Origin: Podarcis gaigeae
Lineage: Eukaryota
Reading direction: 5' to 3' (one strand)
Length of the DNA stretch: 64,000 nt
Assembly: GCA_964106915.2 (NCBI GenBank)
Contig: OZ066914.1
Shown here: piece after piece, positions 25,130 through 37,406 of the stretch
How positions within the stretch are numbered: the stretch's first letter is position 1
How the letters are laid out: every line of letters starts with the position of its first letter
Notes under the pieces: generated by a model
The model's input: the letters and a program-made list of their open reading frames with translations, nothing else
Databases searched by the model: none
What the model was told of the DNA's origin: nothing
Translations under genes and position numbers: made by a program

Positions 25130-25396
25130 ATCCGTATAGGACTTCACTCCCTGTGTATATGAAAAAAAGAAAAAGAAAATACATAGGTAATCTAGTCACT
25201 ATTGTGATCAGCACCAAAAGCACATTCTCTAACTCTGACATATTGATAAATGAGAATAGCCTTTTAACACTAGAAAAGAATACACCACTTGACTCTGAGA
25301 CAGCTACCTTTAAATATGAAACTGTACTTTTGAGAGTTCCTGCTTTATATTATTTTCAACACTGATATTTAAAAGAAGCATGATAATTTATACTTA

Positions 25397-25402
25397 AATA
25401 AA
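25397..25402 (+). terminator. Candidate poly(A) signal for the Novex-3 transcript
   Basis: AATAAA followed by U/GU-rich sequence; alternatives at 24353, 24609 and 26723. Confidence 0.3.
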
Positions 25403-25612
25403 TTGGTGCATTTATATTCTCAGTTGTGCACATGCATGCTCTTATTTCTATATTTATGTGCTCAGTCTTTCATCAAAAATCTGTGGCTTTAGGCTCCACA
25501 TAATCCCAAAACTGATGCTATATTACTAGGAATTGCTGAAGTTCCCAAATATGTTAGAATTACTCTTCAAAATATAGAGCAGGTCATGTAAAAAAAAAAA
25601 GAGACACCCTGT

Positions 25613-25714
25613 AAATATGCCCGCCCCATACCATCGACTTTTATCTGTGGTTCTCATCACAGAATCTTACATTGGGCAAAGACAGAAGCTTTGCTTCGAA
25701 ACGCAGAGCTACTT
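25613..25714 (+). repeat. About 100-bp direct repeat, copy 1 (copy 2 at 27521-27622)
   Basis: Shared ttatctgtggtt..cagaatcttacat.gggcaaagac..aagctttgcttcgaaac. Confidence 0.9.
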
Positions 25715-27237
25715 GCCCGAGACATGCATAACATGTTTTGTCAAATAGCTTGGGTGATCTGTGGAAGGCAGCCTGTATGGCTCCTTTATCACAGGATCCT
25801 CAGAACGGAAATCTCGCCGCCACTGATTTCAAAATTACAAGTTTGATTCTGTTTCCAGCCAAGCCATTTTCAGTCTCAGTTGACTAGAAATTTCAAACAG
25901 TTTAGACACCTGGTAACATACTAGGCATTTATATGTAAAAACTAAGGAAAGAAGTAAAAGGGGGGGAGGGTGTTTCCTTTTGGAAACACTAAACTGATAC
26001 AATGGATATCACAGGGTATTTCAGCACTCTCAACGTGCTGACAGTAGGCATTAAAATAATTTGCATGGCAGTTAAAATGTTTCAATAGTGTAAGAGTATA
26101 AGAGAAATGAAATTTCTGATCCAACATTGAGCTGGGTAGAAATTGCTCATAGCATTGTGTCCATTGTCATTCCCGATATAGTTGACTAGCAGTTTTGGAG
26201 CAAATGAAGTGCAGCTATCCCAGCATATATGAGAAAAGGCATTGAATGTATTATATGGTCTGATGCTATCAGAAAGCCCACAGAAGTTCAGCCACCATAT
26301 CTGACCTTTCACACTCACTTCCAGCTTGTAGTATCTTTGCATTCACTTTATCTGTGGCCTGATCCTGTAAATCCAAACCGTTGGTTACGGTCAAAATCAT
26401 GGCCAAGCAGTTGTGATGAAAGCAAAGACTGGCAGCTACACCTGTAGCATTGCATGCAACTATGCCCTACTCAGAGTTGACCCATTTAAATTAATGGATG
26501 TAATTTAGTCATACCCATTAATTTCAGTTGGCTCTAAGTAGGACTAATGTTGGCTACAATTCCCATCTTCCAAAGCTAGCATTTAAGCTATACACTTTTC
26601 CAGTATCAACTCAGATGTCTTTTTTCATAGTTACAGGGTATTTTAAAAAAAAAGAGGAACGAAAGAGCTTTATTTGTTCATATTTGATGTTACATTTTAA
26701 ATGTCAATGTATATATTGTTTTAATAAAAGTTCAAAATACAGTACTCGACTTTGGTTTCGTATTCTTCATTGAGCATACATTGATGAATTAATTATCGAC
26801 CTTTAAACAATGGTGGTATGTATGTGAAGGTCATAACCTTTATGCCCATCCTTCTAGACATATGAAACTAGAAACACATAATTTTTTCTAGAGTTGAACA
26901 GAGGGTGGGATGTTGGGAAAGTTCTCTTTGTAACTGTCAAACAAAGAACAGTTAACTTACTCTGGCATTTAAATTTAAAAGCATGTACCAGTCATTTGCA
27001 CACATGCTCAATTAATCATGAGTAGACAGCTGCAGTGTTCTAACAGAGTACTTTAAATGTTTGTAGGGGAAATGTAATGTTGCATACCTGCAGTTTAAAG
27101 CCCCAAATGTATAGAGGCCTCCCTAGAACCTTGAAGGTACAGAAGACTCCCATGGTTCTCTGTGACAGAGACAAAGAAAATTCTGTGCTGCCAGGGATTC
27201 TTCCCCCCCCCCCTAGTTTTTAGGTAGAGCTATATCA

Positions 27238-27350
27238 TTTGATTGATTGATTGATTGATTTAAATTTGTATACCGCCCTATGCCTGCAGGTCTCAGGGCA
27301 GTTACAACATAATATCACAATAATATAAAAACACAAAATACATAATAAAA
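27238..27350 (-). mobile_element. (GATT)n tail plus LINE-like 3' end fragment
   Basis: ttgattgatt..tttgtataccgccct..ctcagggcagttacaac is a typical squamate retroposon 3' end (from memory). Confidence 0.5.
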
Positions 27351-27520
27351 AAAGAAACAGAAAATATCTTTATTGCACCACTTGACCTGGAAGTAATAGC
27401 TGTATAGTCCTCCTCATATCATAGTTTAACCATTTGTGGATCTTAATTGCCATTTTAGAAAAAGGGAGGAATTTGTAGTATTTAGTGTGGCAAAATTGAG
27501 TGGTTTTGTAAAAGTCCCGA

Positions 27521-27622
27521 AAACATGTCCGCCTCCATACCATCAACTTTATCTGTGGTTATCATTGCAGAATCTTACATAGGGCAAAGACGAAAGCTTT
27601 GCTTCGAAACACTGAGCTGCTT
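27521..27622 (+). repeat. About 100-bp direct repeat, copy 2, flanked by a 32-bp duplication
   Basis: Flanks at 27469-27500 and 27640-27671: gaatttgtagtatt(t/a)agtgtggcaaaa(t/g)tgag. Confidence 0.9.
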
Positions 27623-28089
27623 TGTTTTGTAGTTTTGTAGAATTTGTAGTATTAAGTGTGGCAAAAGTGAGGGCATGGATTAGGAAGTCAATATCTAACT
27701 GATCCATGCCCCCATTGGAAAGGGCATAAGAAAGGATGGCAACCAATTGGTGGGGAAAGCCAAATTGTTTCCTGACTGCTTGTCTGCCTGGCACAGTGTA
27801 TGTGGACCATTTGTGGACCACAGAGCAGCCTTAGGTCTTCTGATCAAGAGCTGAGAACCACGTGGCCTCTGAGTATTAAGAAGATGAATGTTTTCCTTCC
27901 AGAGGAAGGCTATACTACCTAGGATACCTTATATGATCAAATACCTCTGGGTAGAGAAAGAAACACTGGCACTATCAATACTGAACCATATGGTTGATGG
28001 TCCGACTTGGCACAAAATAGTTGTCTGTGTCTTTGACTTGGAACTAATTTTTGCTGGCTGAGCTCTAGAACATCCTGCCTTAGGGCTAA

Positions 28090-28178
28090 TATTGTATTTT
28101 AATATTCTGTTGGAAGCCACCCAGAATGGCTGGGGAAACCCAGCCAGATGGGTGGGGTATAAATAAATTATTATTATT
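28090..28178 (+). mobile_element. LINE-like 3' end with (ATT)n tail
   Basis: gaagccacccagaatggctggggaaacccagccagatgggtggggtataaataaattattattatt. Confidence 0.55.
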
Positions 28179-29094
28179 TCCAACACCATAATTCTATGTT
28201 TCTACTGAATGGCATGAAGTGGAGTGCATTAGTTGTGCTTGACTGTTTAATTCAGTTGAAATGAATGGGATTTATGGTTCATTGATTTCAATGGGACTTA
28301 AGCATCAACCCCCCCCCCCGGATTGGTGCTGTATAATCAGTAGCACCATTTCAGTGAATACCTTTTATTTCACTTACCATCCTACACCTCAGACCACATT
28401 ACTTTTTCAGATATAAAACAGCCCCATAAAGCAAATCCAATAAGAATAATTGTTGAATCTACCTCCAGGTGTTAAGTGTACTTTAAGTCACACAAAAAAT
28501 ACGTAGAAGATTATATACCAGTGTAAAAAATTATTACAGGTTTAATATTTATTATTGTGTGATATGTTACTGAATCCCTAACCCAATTAATATTCTCTTT
28601 ATGACTTTATGACTTGGAGTGAGATTTCCTTTTCCATTAATAGAAGGGTTCCTTTCTTCTGCAGAAGTTTCTCTGTTCCAATAGAGGATCCCGCTGACAG
28701 AAAATGTGAGAGATAATTTTTGTGGATGCCTCCTTCCCCTTGCATTCTCATGCCACAGGAGGGTTCCCCAAATTTGCCAGAGCAAATTTTCAGGGGGATG
28801 CAGGGTGAAGCAGCAAAATTTTCCTTTTCTTCCTTCTGTCAGCAGGAACACCCCATCATGAGCATTCAGCTCATGGATCTGCAGTACCAATTTTTTTAAG
28901 GGAGTATTTAAATCATCAAACATTTATTGCAGACTCTTGTATCTTCCAGATCAACTTTCCTCAGCCTGGTATCCTCCATATTTCTGAGGCTCTCAGTTCC
29001 CATCTTCCCTGACCGACAGCCATACTGGTTGGAGCAGATGGAAATTGTAGTCCAAAACATCTGTAGAATAGCAGGAGAGGGAAGACTGCCCTTG

Positions 29095-29190
29095 ATGGGG
29101 AACTTGTGGCCCTCCAGACTTTGCTAGATTTCAATTCCCATCAGTCCCAGCCACAATGGCTAATGTTCTAGAATGATGGGAGCTGTGATT
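29095..29190. mobile_element. hAT-type MITE fragment
   Basis: gatggggaacttgtggccctccaga..caattcccatcagtcccagcc..gatgggagctgtg. Confidence 0.5.
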
Positions 29191-29330
29191 TTGCTTTTTT
29201 AGTACTAATGGAAAAGTGAACATCTGAGTCTGTCTATACATATTAAACACCAACCCATATATCTGAGATGTATTATGCCTTCAGTTTATATGCAGATATT
29301 CCCCAATATTCATGCACTGATTAAATGGGA

Positions 29331-29568
29331 AATTGTACCTTGGTACTTGGTTCCCAAACAAATCAACTCCCAAACGCCGCAAACCTGAAAAGTGTACTGG
29401 GTTACAAATGTTTTTCGGAAGCCTAATGTCCGATGTGACAGACAAGTGGCTTCCGATTGGCTCTTCTGATTGCAAGAGCCAATCAGACGCTGTGCCTTGG
29501 AAATTGAACGTTTCGGAAATTGAATATCCTTCTGGAATGGATTACGTTCAACTTCTGAGGTATCACTG
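29331..29568. mobile_element. Tc1/mariner (Tigger-like) non-autonomous element remnant
   Basis: Ends GAGGTATCACTG+TA (Tigger-like TIR, TA target); internal gattggctctt..aagagccaatc hairpin; left end uncertain. Confidence 0.5.
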
Positions 29569-29762
29569 TATAAACTGAATCCTAAAATAATGTCCACCCT
29601 TTGATTCAAGGTATATTTTAAAATATATGAATGTTTTAATCATCTTGCAGCATTACGAAGTGTTGTCCTAACATGATAATTGATTGATAGTATCTGGTAG
29701 ATACAAGATGAATTTTTCAAGAAAGCATTTTAGTAAAATGTAAATAATTTTTCCCCATACAG

Positions 29763-32700
29763 AGATTTCTAGCTCTATTATTGTGTCTTCTGAGGAAGAA
29801 AGAACTGAGAGTTACACCAGCGGCCTACAATTATGTGATAGAGATAAAACACTTGAACTCATGCCTGAAAATCCAGTTTATTCTAGCAGTTTAGAGGTGA
29901 AAAGGGAGAAGAGCAATGTCCCAACCTTCCTCAAGCATGTGTCAAATGTTGAAATAAGTTTAGGAGATTTAGCTAGACTTTCTGTTGTAGTTACTGGGGA
30001 TCCAAAACCACAGATACAATGGTATTTCAATAGTGTTAAGCTGACATCATCTGCAGACTATAAGTTTGTGTTTGATGATGAAAACTATAGCCTCATTATT
30101 CTCTCCACAACATTTGACCATGAAGGGGAATATACTTGCATTGCTAGTAATATCCATGGAGAGACAGCCTGCTCTGCTTATCTGAAGGTCAATCCTAAGG
30201 GAGATGAAAGGGAACTGGAGGCAGAATTCACTGCAGAGAAGACAGGAAGTCCTCAACCTCCATATTTTGTTAGGAAGCTAGACCCTGTTCAGTGTGCTCA
30301 AGGTGCTCCTGCTGTGTTTGAGTACAAAGTGGCTGGGGATCCACCTCCAGAGATTCAGTGGTTTAGGGGAAACAACCAGATTTTCTCCTGTGCACGATAC
30401 ACTATCATTCATAATCGAGATGGTTCTGGGTCACTAATGGTGAATAACTGCCAGGGGGCCGATGGTGGCTTATACATCTGTAAGGGAATCAACCTCATAG
30501 GTGAAGCCTCTAGCAGTGCAGAACTTCTTGTTCTCTTAGACGTGCCTAGGGAGGCTCCATATAAGGAAAAGAAGAGTAAACAGAAAACACGCACCAAGTC
30601 ATATAAAGAAACTGTAAGTGACGAGGCTACTGTCTCACGGATATATGCCGTTAAACTGCCTGGTGATGATAGGCACGATGGGCAGCATGTGATGTATACA
30701 ATTGGAACTGAAGATAGGCATTCACTACATAGTGAAGAGGTAGATGTTTTGCAGGTGGCTTCCTACTCAACAGCTACTGTACAGCAGGAAGCCCTTCTGA
30801 CCCAACAAGTAGCCTTGCTTGAGTCTCACAAAGTTGGAGAAATTGCAGATCCATCTTCTCAGACCAATGAAAAGGTGGCTTCTTCAGCTTTTACCACAGG
30901 TGAGGTGAAGGAGCACCCCGGTTTCCTAGAGCAACACTCTGAACCAATTCAAAGCCCACCAATAGTCGAATTGCCGGGTTCCTGGTGCCACCAAGTTTCT
31001 GACCTCTGTTTACCTGTTGTGGAGGAAATAAACCAAGAAGACAAAGAAAAGGGGCTGCAAACCAAGCTTCCAGAAATGGTCAGGCCAACATCAGCCATAG
31101 AGCAAACATCTCAGTTTGCCTCCATTCTATCTGAGGAGAAATATGTGGTAAGCCCCGGTGAGTCTGTTGTATTCTCAGTCCCAGGAGCTGAGGAAGTTAT
31201 TGAAACCAGTGAGCCTAAACATGCAGTATGTGTTCCTAGAATTGAGGGCATCCAAGAATTGTCCAAGGAAAGTTCTTTGGCAGACCACACACACAAGTGG
31301 GAGAATATCACACCAGCTAAAGAACGAGGCAGCTTTTTTCAATCTGCTGTAGCAGCAGAACAATGCAAAATAAGTGAAGCTCATGCTGAGGCAATCGATT
31401 ATGCTGATTCACCTGCAGAAGTTAGTCATACCCAAGAATCATCCAATGTATTACATGTGGCTATGATTGCCTCTGAACAGATGTTCCCCAAAGAGTCCGC
31501 CTTTGATGCAACCACTGCAGAGCAGCAGAAGGGCTCACTGGAACAGGGCAGGCTCGTCCAAACAGCTCTGGTTGCTGAAGAAAAGCAGCAGCTCTCTGAT
31601 GAACACACTGAGGACCTTCCCAGGTTAGACTACACGGTGGTAGCAGAAATCCAAAGAGAGGGTGAAAAGCCACTGCATTTGCCTGTTGTACATGGACAAG
31701 GCTCGCTTCCTAGAGAAGAGCATTTTAATTCTGAGGTGCCCCTGGAAGATGAGGCACTGTCTAGGAAAAGCCCATGTTTGCTACACTGCTTAGTAACAGA
31801 AGAACAAGTCTCCACCTCTTGTGAAGATGCTAAGCACTTTCCTCCTCTGGCAGAGGCAGTTAGCATTCAGGTCACCCAGGAGCCCATTTCTGTGTTGCAT
31901 CTCCAAATGAGCCAAACTGAGCAAGTGTTGCCTAAGGAAGGCATCTTGGCTGTACAAGAACCCGAACCCCAAAATGCTTTGCAGAAAGCTGAAATAATGC
32001 TCAAACGTTCTGTGGCGTCTGAGGAAAAAAACCAGATAGCTGTTGAGGCCCTAGAGGCTTTTCAGAGTGACATTGCTGGAGAATACCCTGTGGCTAAAGC
32101 AGAGCCTCAGCTTCGTAAGTGTCTGACCACTGTGGCTGAGGAGATGCTTCTGCCCAAAGAGGAAATCCTCCCCAAAGCAGGAAAAGAGCAGAAAGCTACC
32201 CTGAGGAAGGAAGACTTTCAACCAGTGATGCAGGTATCTGATGTGACTGAAGAGAGGGTCTTGGATGTAGGACATGCTGAGCCATTTGAGGCTGTTCAGC
32301 CCATGAGTTGTGAGGTGGTGTCTGAGCCCAGGGTGCCTTCAGAATCCACCTGCGTTGAGGAGCAAGGTGTTCCGATAGAGAGCATCGATCTCTTGGAAGC
32401 CACAGAGCAAGAATTTGCAGCCCGCATCCAAGAAGGTCAGTCAGTCAGGCTCCCATTGTTATTGGAGGAAAAACAGCCATTAAAGGAAGAGCACTTGGAC
32501 AAGATCGCAAGGCCAGATGCTGAGAACGCAACAGCCCAAAAGCAACTGGGGCTGCTTATGGATGTGCCTGAAACATGGGAAAACAAAGTGCTTCGGAAAG
32601 AAGAAGAACTTGCAGCTGAGACTCCAGTATGTTGTAGCTTAGATATGAAGGCTCAGATCAGAAGGGCCCTGAAAGTAGCTCTGACAAATGAACAGCACTT

Positions 32701-33626
32701 ATTTCCATTGGATGCTTTCGATGATATTGAGAGCGTTCAATTGAAGACTGTAACAGTGATCAAAGAATCTCAACATGCAACATGCACTTGCCTTATAATC
32801 TTGGAAAGTTCCAATACTGCAGAAATAACTCTCTCTCTAGATGGAATATATTCTCAGACAGCTGATTTCAAAAGTGAATTGCAAGCTGCTGTTCACTCTA
32901 TTATTTATGAAGAGAAACATGTTCTGACAGCAGAGGAACCCAGTGCCATAGCAGAACCTAAACACCACAAGTTGCTTACTTCTTGTTCACCTTCCAAACT
33001 AATGCAGTCTGCTACTGTAACTGAGACACCTGTTCAGCAACAATCTGTCAGTAATATTATTGGTTCACCCGAGCTACATCATGCTTACCTGAGTACTGAA
33101 TCAGAAATACAGGAGGAGCAACTTGTGTCTATTCAAGAAGTCCAAACTATTGCTCTCAGTGAGCACATTAAAGATGTAGGTACAACCACACTCACCCTTG
33201 ATATTCCTGTAGCAGCAGCCCCAGTTGAGAGGTTAATAGATGCTCTAAAAGTGAAAGAGAGAAAGGAAGAACTTTTTGAGGAAAATGAAGAGGAGGCACA
33301 TGTAGTTAAGGCTAGCAAACAAGAAGACAGTCTAGCGAGCAGGGGTTGTCCCATCATGCGCCAAAGTTTTATAGACACTGTTGTTGAAGAAGGTGACAGC
33401 GTAAGTCTTACTTCCATTATAGAAAATGTTAAAGTGGTGAATTGGTATTTTGGGGATAAGCTGGTATCTTCAGGAAATGAGTTCAAGTGCTTGCAAGACC
33501 ATGACACATACACACTAGTAATCAACCAAGCATTCAAGGAAGTGCATCAAGGAGAGTACACCTGTGAGGCTCTGAATGAAGGTGGAAAAACAACAGCAGC
33601 AGCGAAACTCACAGTTGTAAAAAGAG
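29763..33626 (+). CDS. TTN: Titin N2B exon (49): Ig I24, I25, N2B unique sequence, Ig I26; 1288 aa
   Basis: catacag|AG...AGAG|gttgga; 3864 nt, phase 1-1; ADYKFVFD, YTIIHN and KCLQDHDTYTLVI...AKLTVVKR match recalled human N2B. Confidence 0.95.
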
Positions 33627-34023
33627 GTTGGAATATGGGGATAAAATATTGCTTTCCTATTTTCACTCATTTGCTAACTGAATAGAACACACATATACAT
33701 ATTTGTATCTCTAGTAGCATTTTGGATACAGATATAAGAAGTATATAAACTTCAGCTGTGCATCACCAAACTAATCACACTTTTTGTTTCCTCTTTAGAA
33801 CTTTTATTTCTTTAAATATATTTCTTATTCACACCTTTTATTTGCATTTTGCACTTTTTGGTACTGAAACAAAATTAACTTTTGTTTCATGAATGATGAT
33901 TGTAAAATAAAACTATTTGTATATTTCAGATTTTTTTTAAAAGAGTGCATGTCTTAGGAGCACTTTCATCCCCATATCCACAGAGCAACTTGGTTCACTT
34001 TTCCTTTTCATTGCTACAATAAA

Positions 34024-34110
34024 GATGCAATCCTGAACACGCTTACTAGGGCGGAAGCCCCACTGAGCACAGTGAGACTTGCTTCTGAGTAGACGTGCCA
34101 AGAGATTGCA
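34024..34110. mobile_element. Short hairpin-type squamate repeat (MITE-like)
   Basis: tgcaatcct..aagccccactgagcacagtgagactt..gattgca; related copies near 24790, 38570 and 43360. Confidence 0.5.
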
Positions 34111-34518
34111 CAGCACGTTGTAGAAGTCATTGCACCATTCTAGCATAATGTCACACATTTCATGTTGAAAATGTTCTGGTACAACCTGGTATAATTTCAT
34201 ATATCATGTTGTTTGCATGCCTTTAGTAGTAAGTAGCACATCAGAGTATCTTCAGAGTTCCATTATGCACTGCAATGTATGTAGCCCTCTGGTAGACTGA
34301 GCACTGCTTTCGGTTTGCTTTCACCTCTGACAACCATTTTTCTTTACAGCCACTTTCCTTGGATAGCTCATGAAACCACACATCTCATTTCTGTTGGTCA
34401 CTTTATTAACAGTGTTTTGGAATGTACACTTATAAGCACCATACATGCTATTAGTATTACAATATCCACATAAACATGGGTGGTTGTAACCACATTATTC
34501 TTTGACTTTTAACTTCAG

Positions 34519-34797
34519 TTGGACCCATACTGAGGAGAAGGCTGGAATCCCAAGAAGTCGCTGTGAACCACCTTGCCAAGTTCACCTGCGAGATCGAGAT
34601 GGCGCCAGACGTACGGTTTCAATGGTACAGAGCCGGTCGGGAAATCTATGATGGCGACAAGTATACCATACACACCGCTAATTATACATCCACTCTTCAA
34701 ATCCCGAGACCGCAAGTAGTTGACTGTGGTGAATACAGCTGCAAAGCTTCCAATAAGTATGGCAGCGTAAGCAGCAAAGCAACCTTAACGGTAACTG
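34519..34797 (+). CDS. TTN: Titin exon 50 (Ig I27)
   Basis: ttcag|TT...CTG|gtaagt; 279 nt; HLAKFTCEIEMAPDVRFQW. Confidence 0.96.
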
Positions 34798-35893
34798 GTA
34801 AGTGTGAGACATGAACCCTGTGCTGCTTCCTTGTTAGGTAACTGAATGTGTTCACCATTAGTATGTGGTAAAATGCATCTAGGGCCAATAACAGACTAAG
34901 GATTTCCATTTCTGTGCATATAGAAATAGAAGAAAATACCAGGTATTTGGCCCCCAGGTTCAACATACATATCCAGGAGCAAAAAATATATTTTCATCGG
35001 AAGCTGAGTCAAAGAACAGATTTGTAATTATTGTATATTATTTCCGAACTCTTTTAAGCGTGGAGGAAAACTTACGAATAATAAAGGGGATACTCTAGTT
35101 CATTTCAGATGTGCACCATTTGGTATAAGCACACACACTACAAGCACCTTTCTCTAGTGATGGAAGAACTGCAGTTGGTGAAGGAGATTGTAGGCAAGAA
35201 CTTCCACACTTAAAGCATTTCACTCGGGTTGGGAAGAGAGAAGAATGCAGCAATGGCATGGATTGTGCCCAGAGGCATTTGAAATGTTTTTTGATTCCGT
35301 CATATTCACCTATAAACATTCGCTCTTAAATGTCTTAAGCTTCTCAAAAAGATTATAGTATTAACTGAGTCGTCTGATCATGATCTTGCTGGGATGCAGT
35401 CGATTTTATTTACTCTTTGAGATCCATGCTTACAGACGTAGTGGGTGGTGGGAGCCATCTTGAAGTGAATAAAGGATACATAATGACATCACTCTTTTAA
35501 AAAGATCTCCCTAATCCTTTTTATTACTATAATAATTGCCTATATCTTTCATCTTACTGGAATCTGTATTGCTGGTTAATTCATGACATGCACTTCAAAT
35601 CGTCACATGTAAACCTAATTTCATGACTAAATAACTCTTGCTAGATGGCTTTTAAAACTGCTCTTTTAGATAACAAATAACTCTTGCTAGATGGCTTTTA
35701 GAACTGCTAGATCATCCTAATGATTCACTGGATGTATTGAGTCTTGGGAATCTTTACTGCACATTATTTCTAGGCAATTTAATGTGTGTATATGGAGACA
35801 GCGTTTCTGTCTCCTTTCTTTGGTGCTGGGGTGTGGGGGAAAGGTTGCTGTATTGGCCAAGTCCATGTCAACTTTCCCCCCTTTCTTTTGCAG

Positions 35894-36457
35894 AAGCGTT
35901 TCCTCCAACCTTTCTAACCAGACCCGAATCTATTACTACTTTTGTGGGTAAGAGTGCCAGGTTCCTCTGCACAGTGGCAGGCACCCCCGTAATCGACACA
36001 GTGTGGCAGAAAGATGGTGCCGCAATTTCTTCCACAGAACATTGCAAGATTTCAGCTTCTGAGAATAAGCACAGTTTAGAGATTCCACGCCTCACCGTAA
36101 ATGACAGGGGGGTATATACCTGCAAAGCCTCAAACAAATTTGGAGCAGACATCTGCCAGGCAGAAATAGCTGTCATTGATAAACCACGATTTGTCAAGGA
36201 ACTGCAGTCTGTTCAGTCTGCAGTCAATAAGAAGATACATCTTGAATGCCAAGTGGATGAAGACAGGAAAGTCACAGTATCCTGGAGCAAGGATGGAACC
36301 CGAATACCTCCAGGCAAAGATTACAAGATTTGCTTTGAAGACAAGATAGCATCACTTGATATCCCTCTGTCTAAACTTAAAGATTCAGGAACATATGCAT
36401 GCACTGCTGCAAATGAGGCTGGAAGTAGCTCTTCTTCAGCCACTGTAACAATCAGAG
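35894..36457 (+). CDS. TTN: Titin exon 51 (two Ig)
   Basis: ttgcag|AA...GAG|gtaagg; 564 nt; EAFPPTFL...NKKIHLECQVDEDRKV. Confidence 0.96.
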
Positions 36458-37124
36458 GTAAGGAAATTGTCGGTCTGCTAAACTTGGTGCCATTTATGTC
36501 CTTTTATTTATAGTAGTTGCGCTTCAAAGAGGAGCTGCCAGAGTCACTCCACGGGTTTAAGTGGGCCCCGGCCACGCTCCCACAGCGCCCTGAATGGCCA
36601 CCTGGCCGGGTCACCCTCAATGTGACGCAGGACGCTATCCTGCACCATGCTGAGGCGGGGGTGGGGCCTGGTGGCCTGAGCGCAACCCGGTCCCACGTGG
36701 AACCGATTTGTTAGTTCCGAATAATGAAGAAGTGAGAGGTAACATTAAGAAGGAAAAAGCTAATCATAGCACATTTCTCCAAGTGTGGTGTGGTGTTTCT
36801 TTGTAAAAAGAAAAGCTACAATCTTTTTCACTCGTCTTTGTGTCTTTACTAAAGCTTATTGTCTGATTTCCTTAAATGTGCAAACTTTATTCCAGTGTTG
36901 ACTAAAACTGTCATTTATTTATTTTTCCGTCCTAGGTGATTCTTTAGAGAAGTTCTGGTTACCATGATAAAAAGCAGAATTAAGAGCAATGGCAGGAATT
37001 GGAGTTTTGTCCTGGATAGATATCTGCATGCTTCTCAATAGCTTGTCTTTGTAATCGTCCTATCAAATCGGTCTTCTTAAGGTGTTATATTTCAGGCTTC
37101 TTTCTTTCTGAACTTTTCTTCTAG

Positions 37125-37406
37125 AGCCACCATCGTTCCTGAAGAAAGTGGACCCCTCTTACTTGTTGACTCCTGGAGAGTCAGCACACCTTCAGTGCAA
37201 AATCAAAGGGTCTCCTGAGATCCAGGTGACATGGTACAAAAATAACAAAGAAATTAGAGAGAGCGACACACAGAGGATGTCTTTTGCCAATAACGTGGCT
37301 GTGCTAGATATTACCAATGTGAAAGTTGATGACAGTGGAAGTTACTCATGTGAAGCAGCTAATGATGCTGGCAGTGACAGCTGTAGTACTGAGATTGTTG
37401 TCAAAG
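37125..37406 (+). CDS. TTN: Titin exon 52 (Ig; 6-Ig super-repeat 1, position 1)
   Basis: AG/GT, 282 nt, EPPSFLKKVDPSY. Confidence 0.95.

Noticed and set aside
29333-29578. 81-aa ORF upstream of N2B as a possible extra exon
   Set aside because: It coincides with a Tigger-like remnant and has no Ig signature or convincing splice sites.
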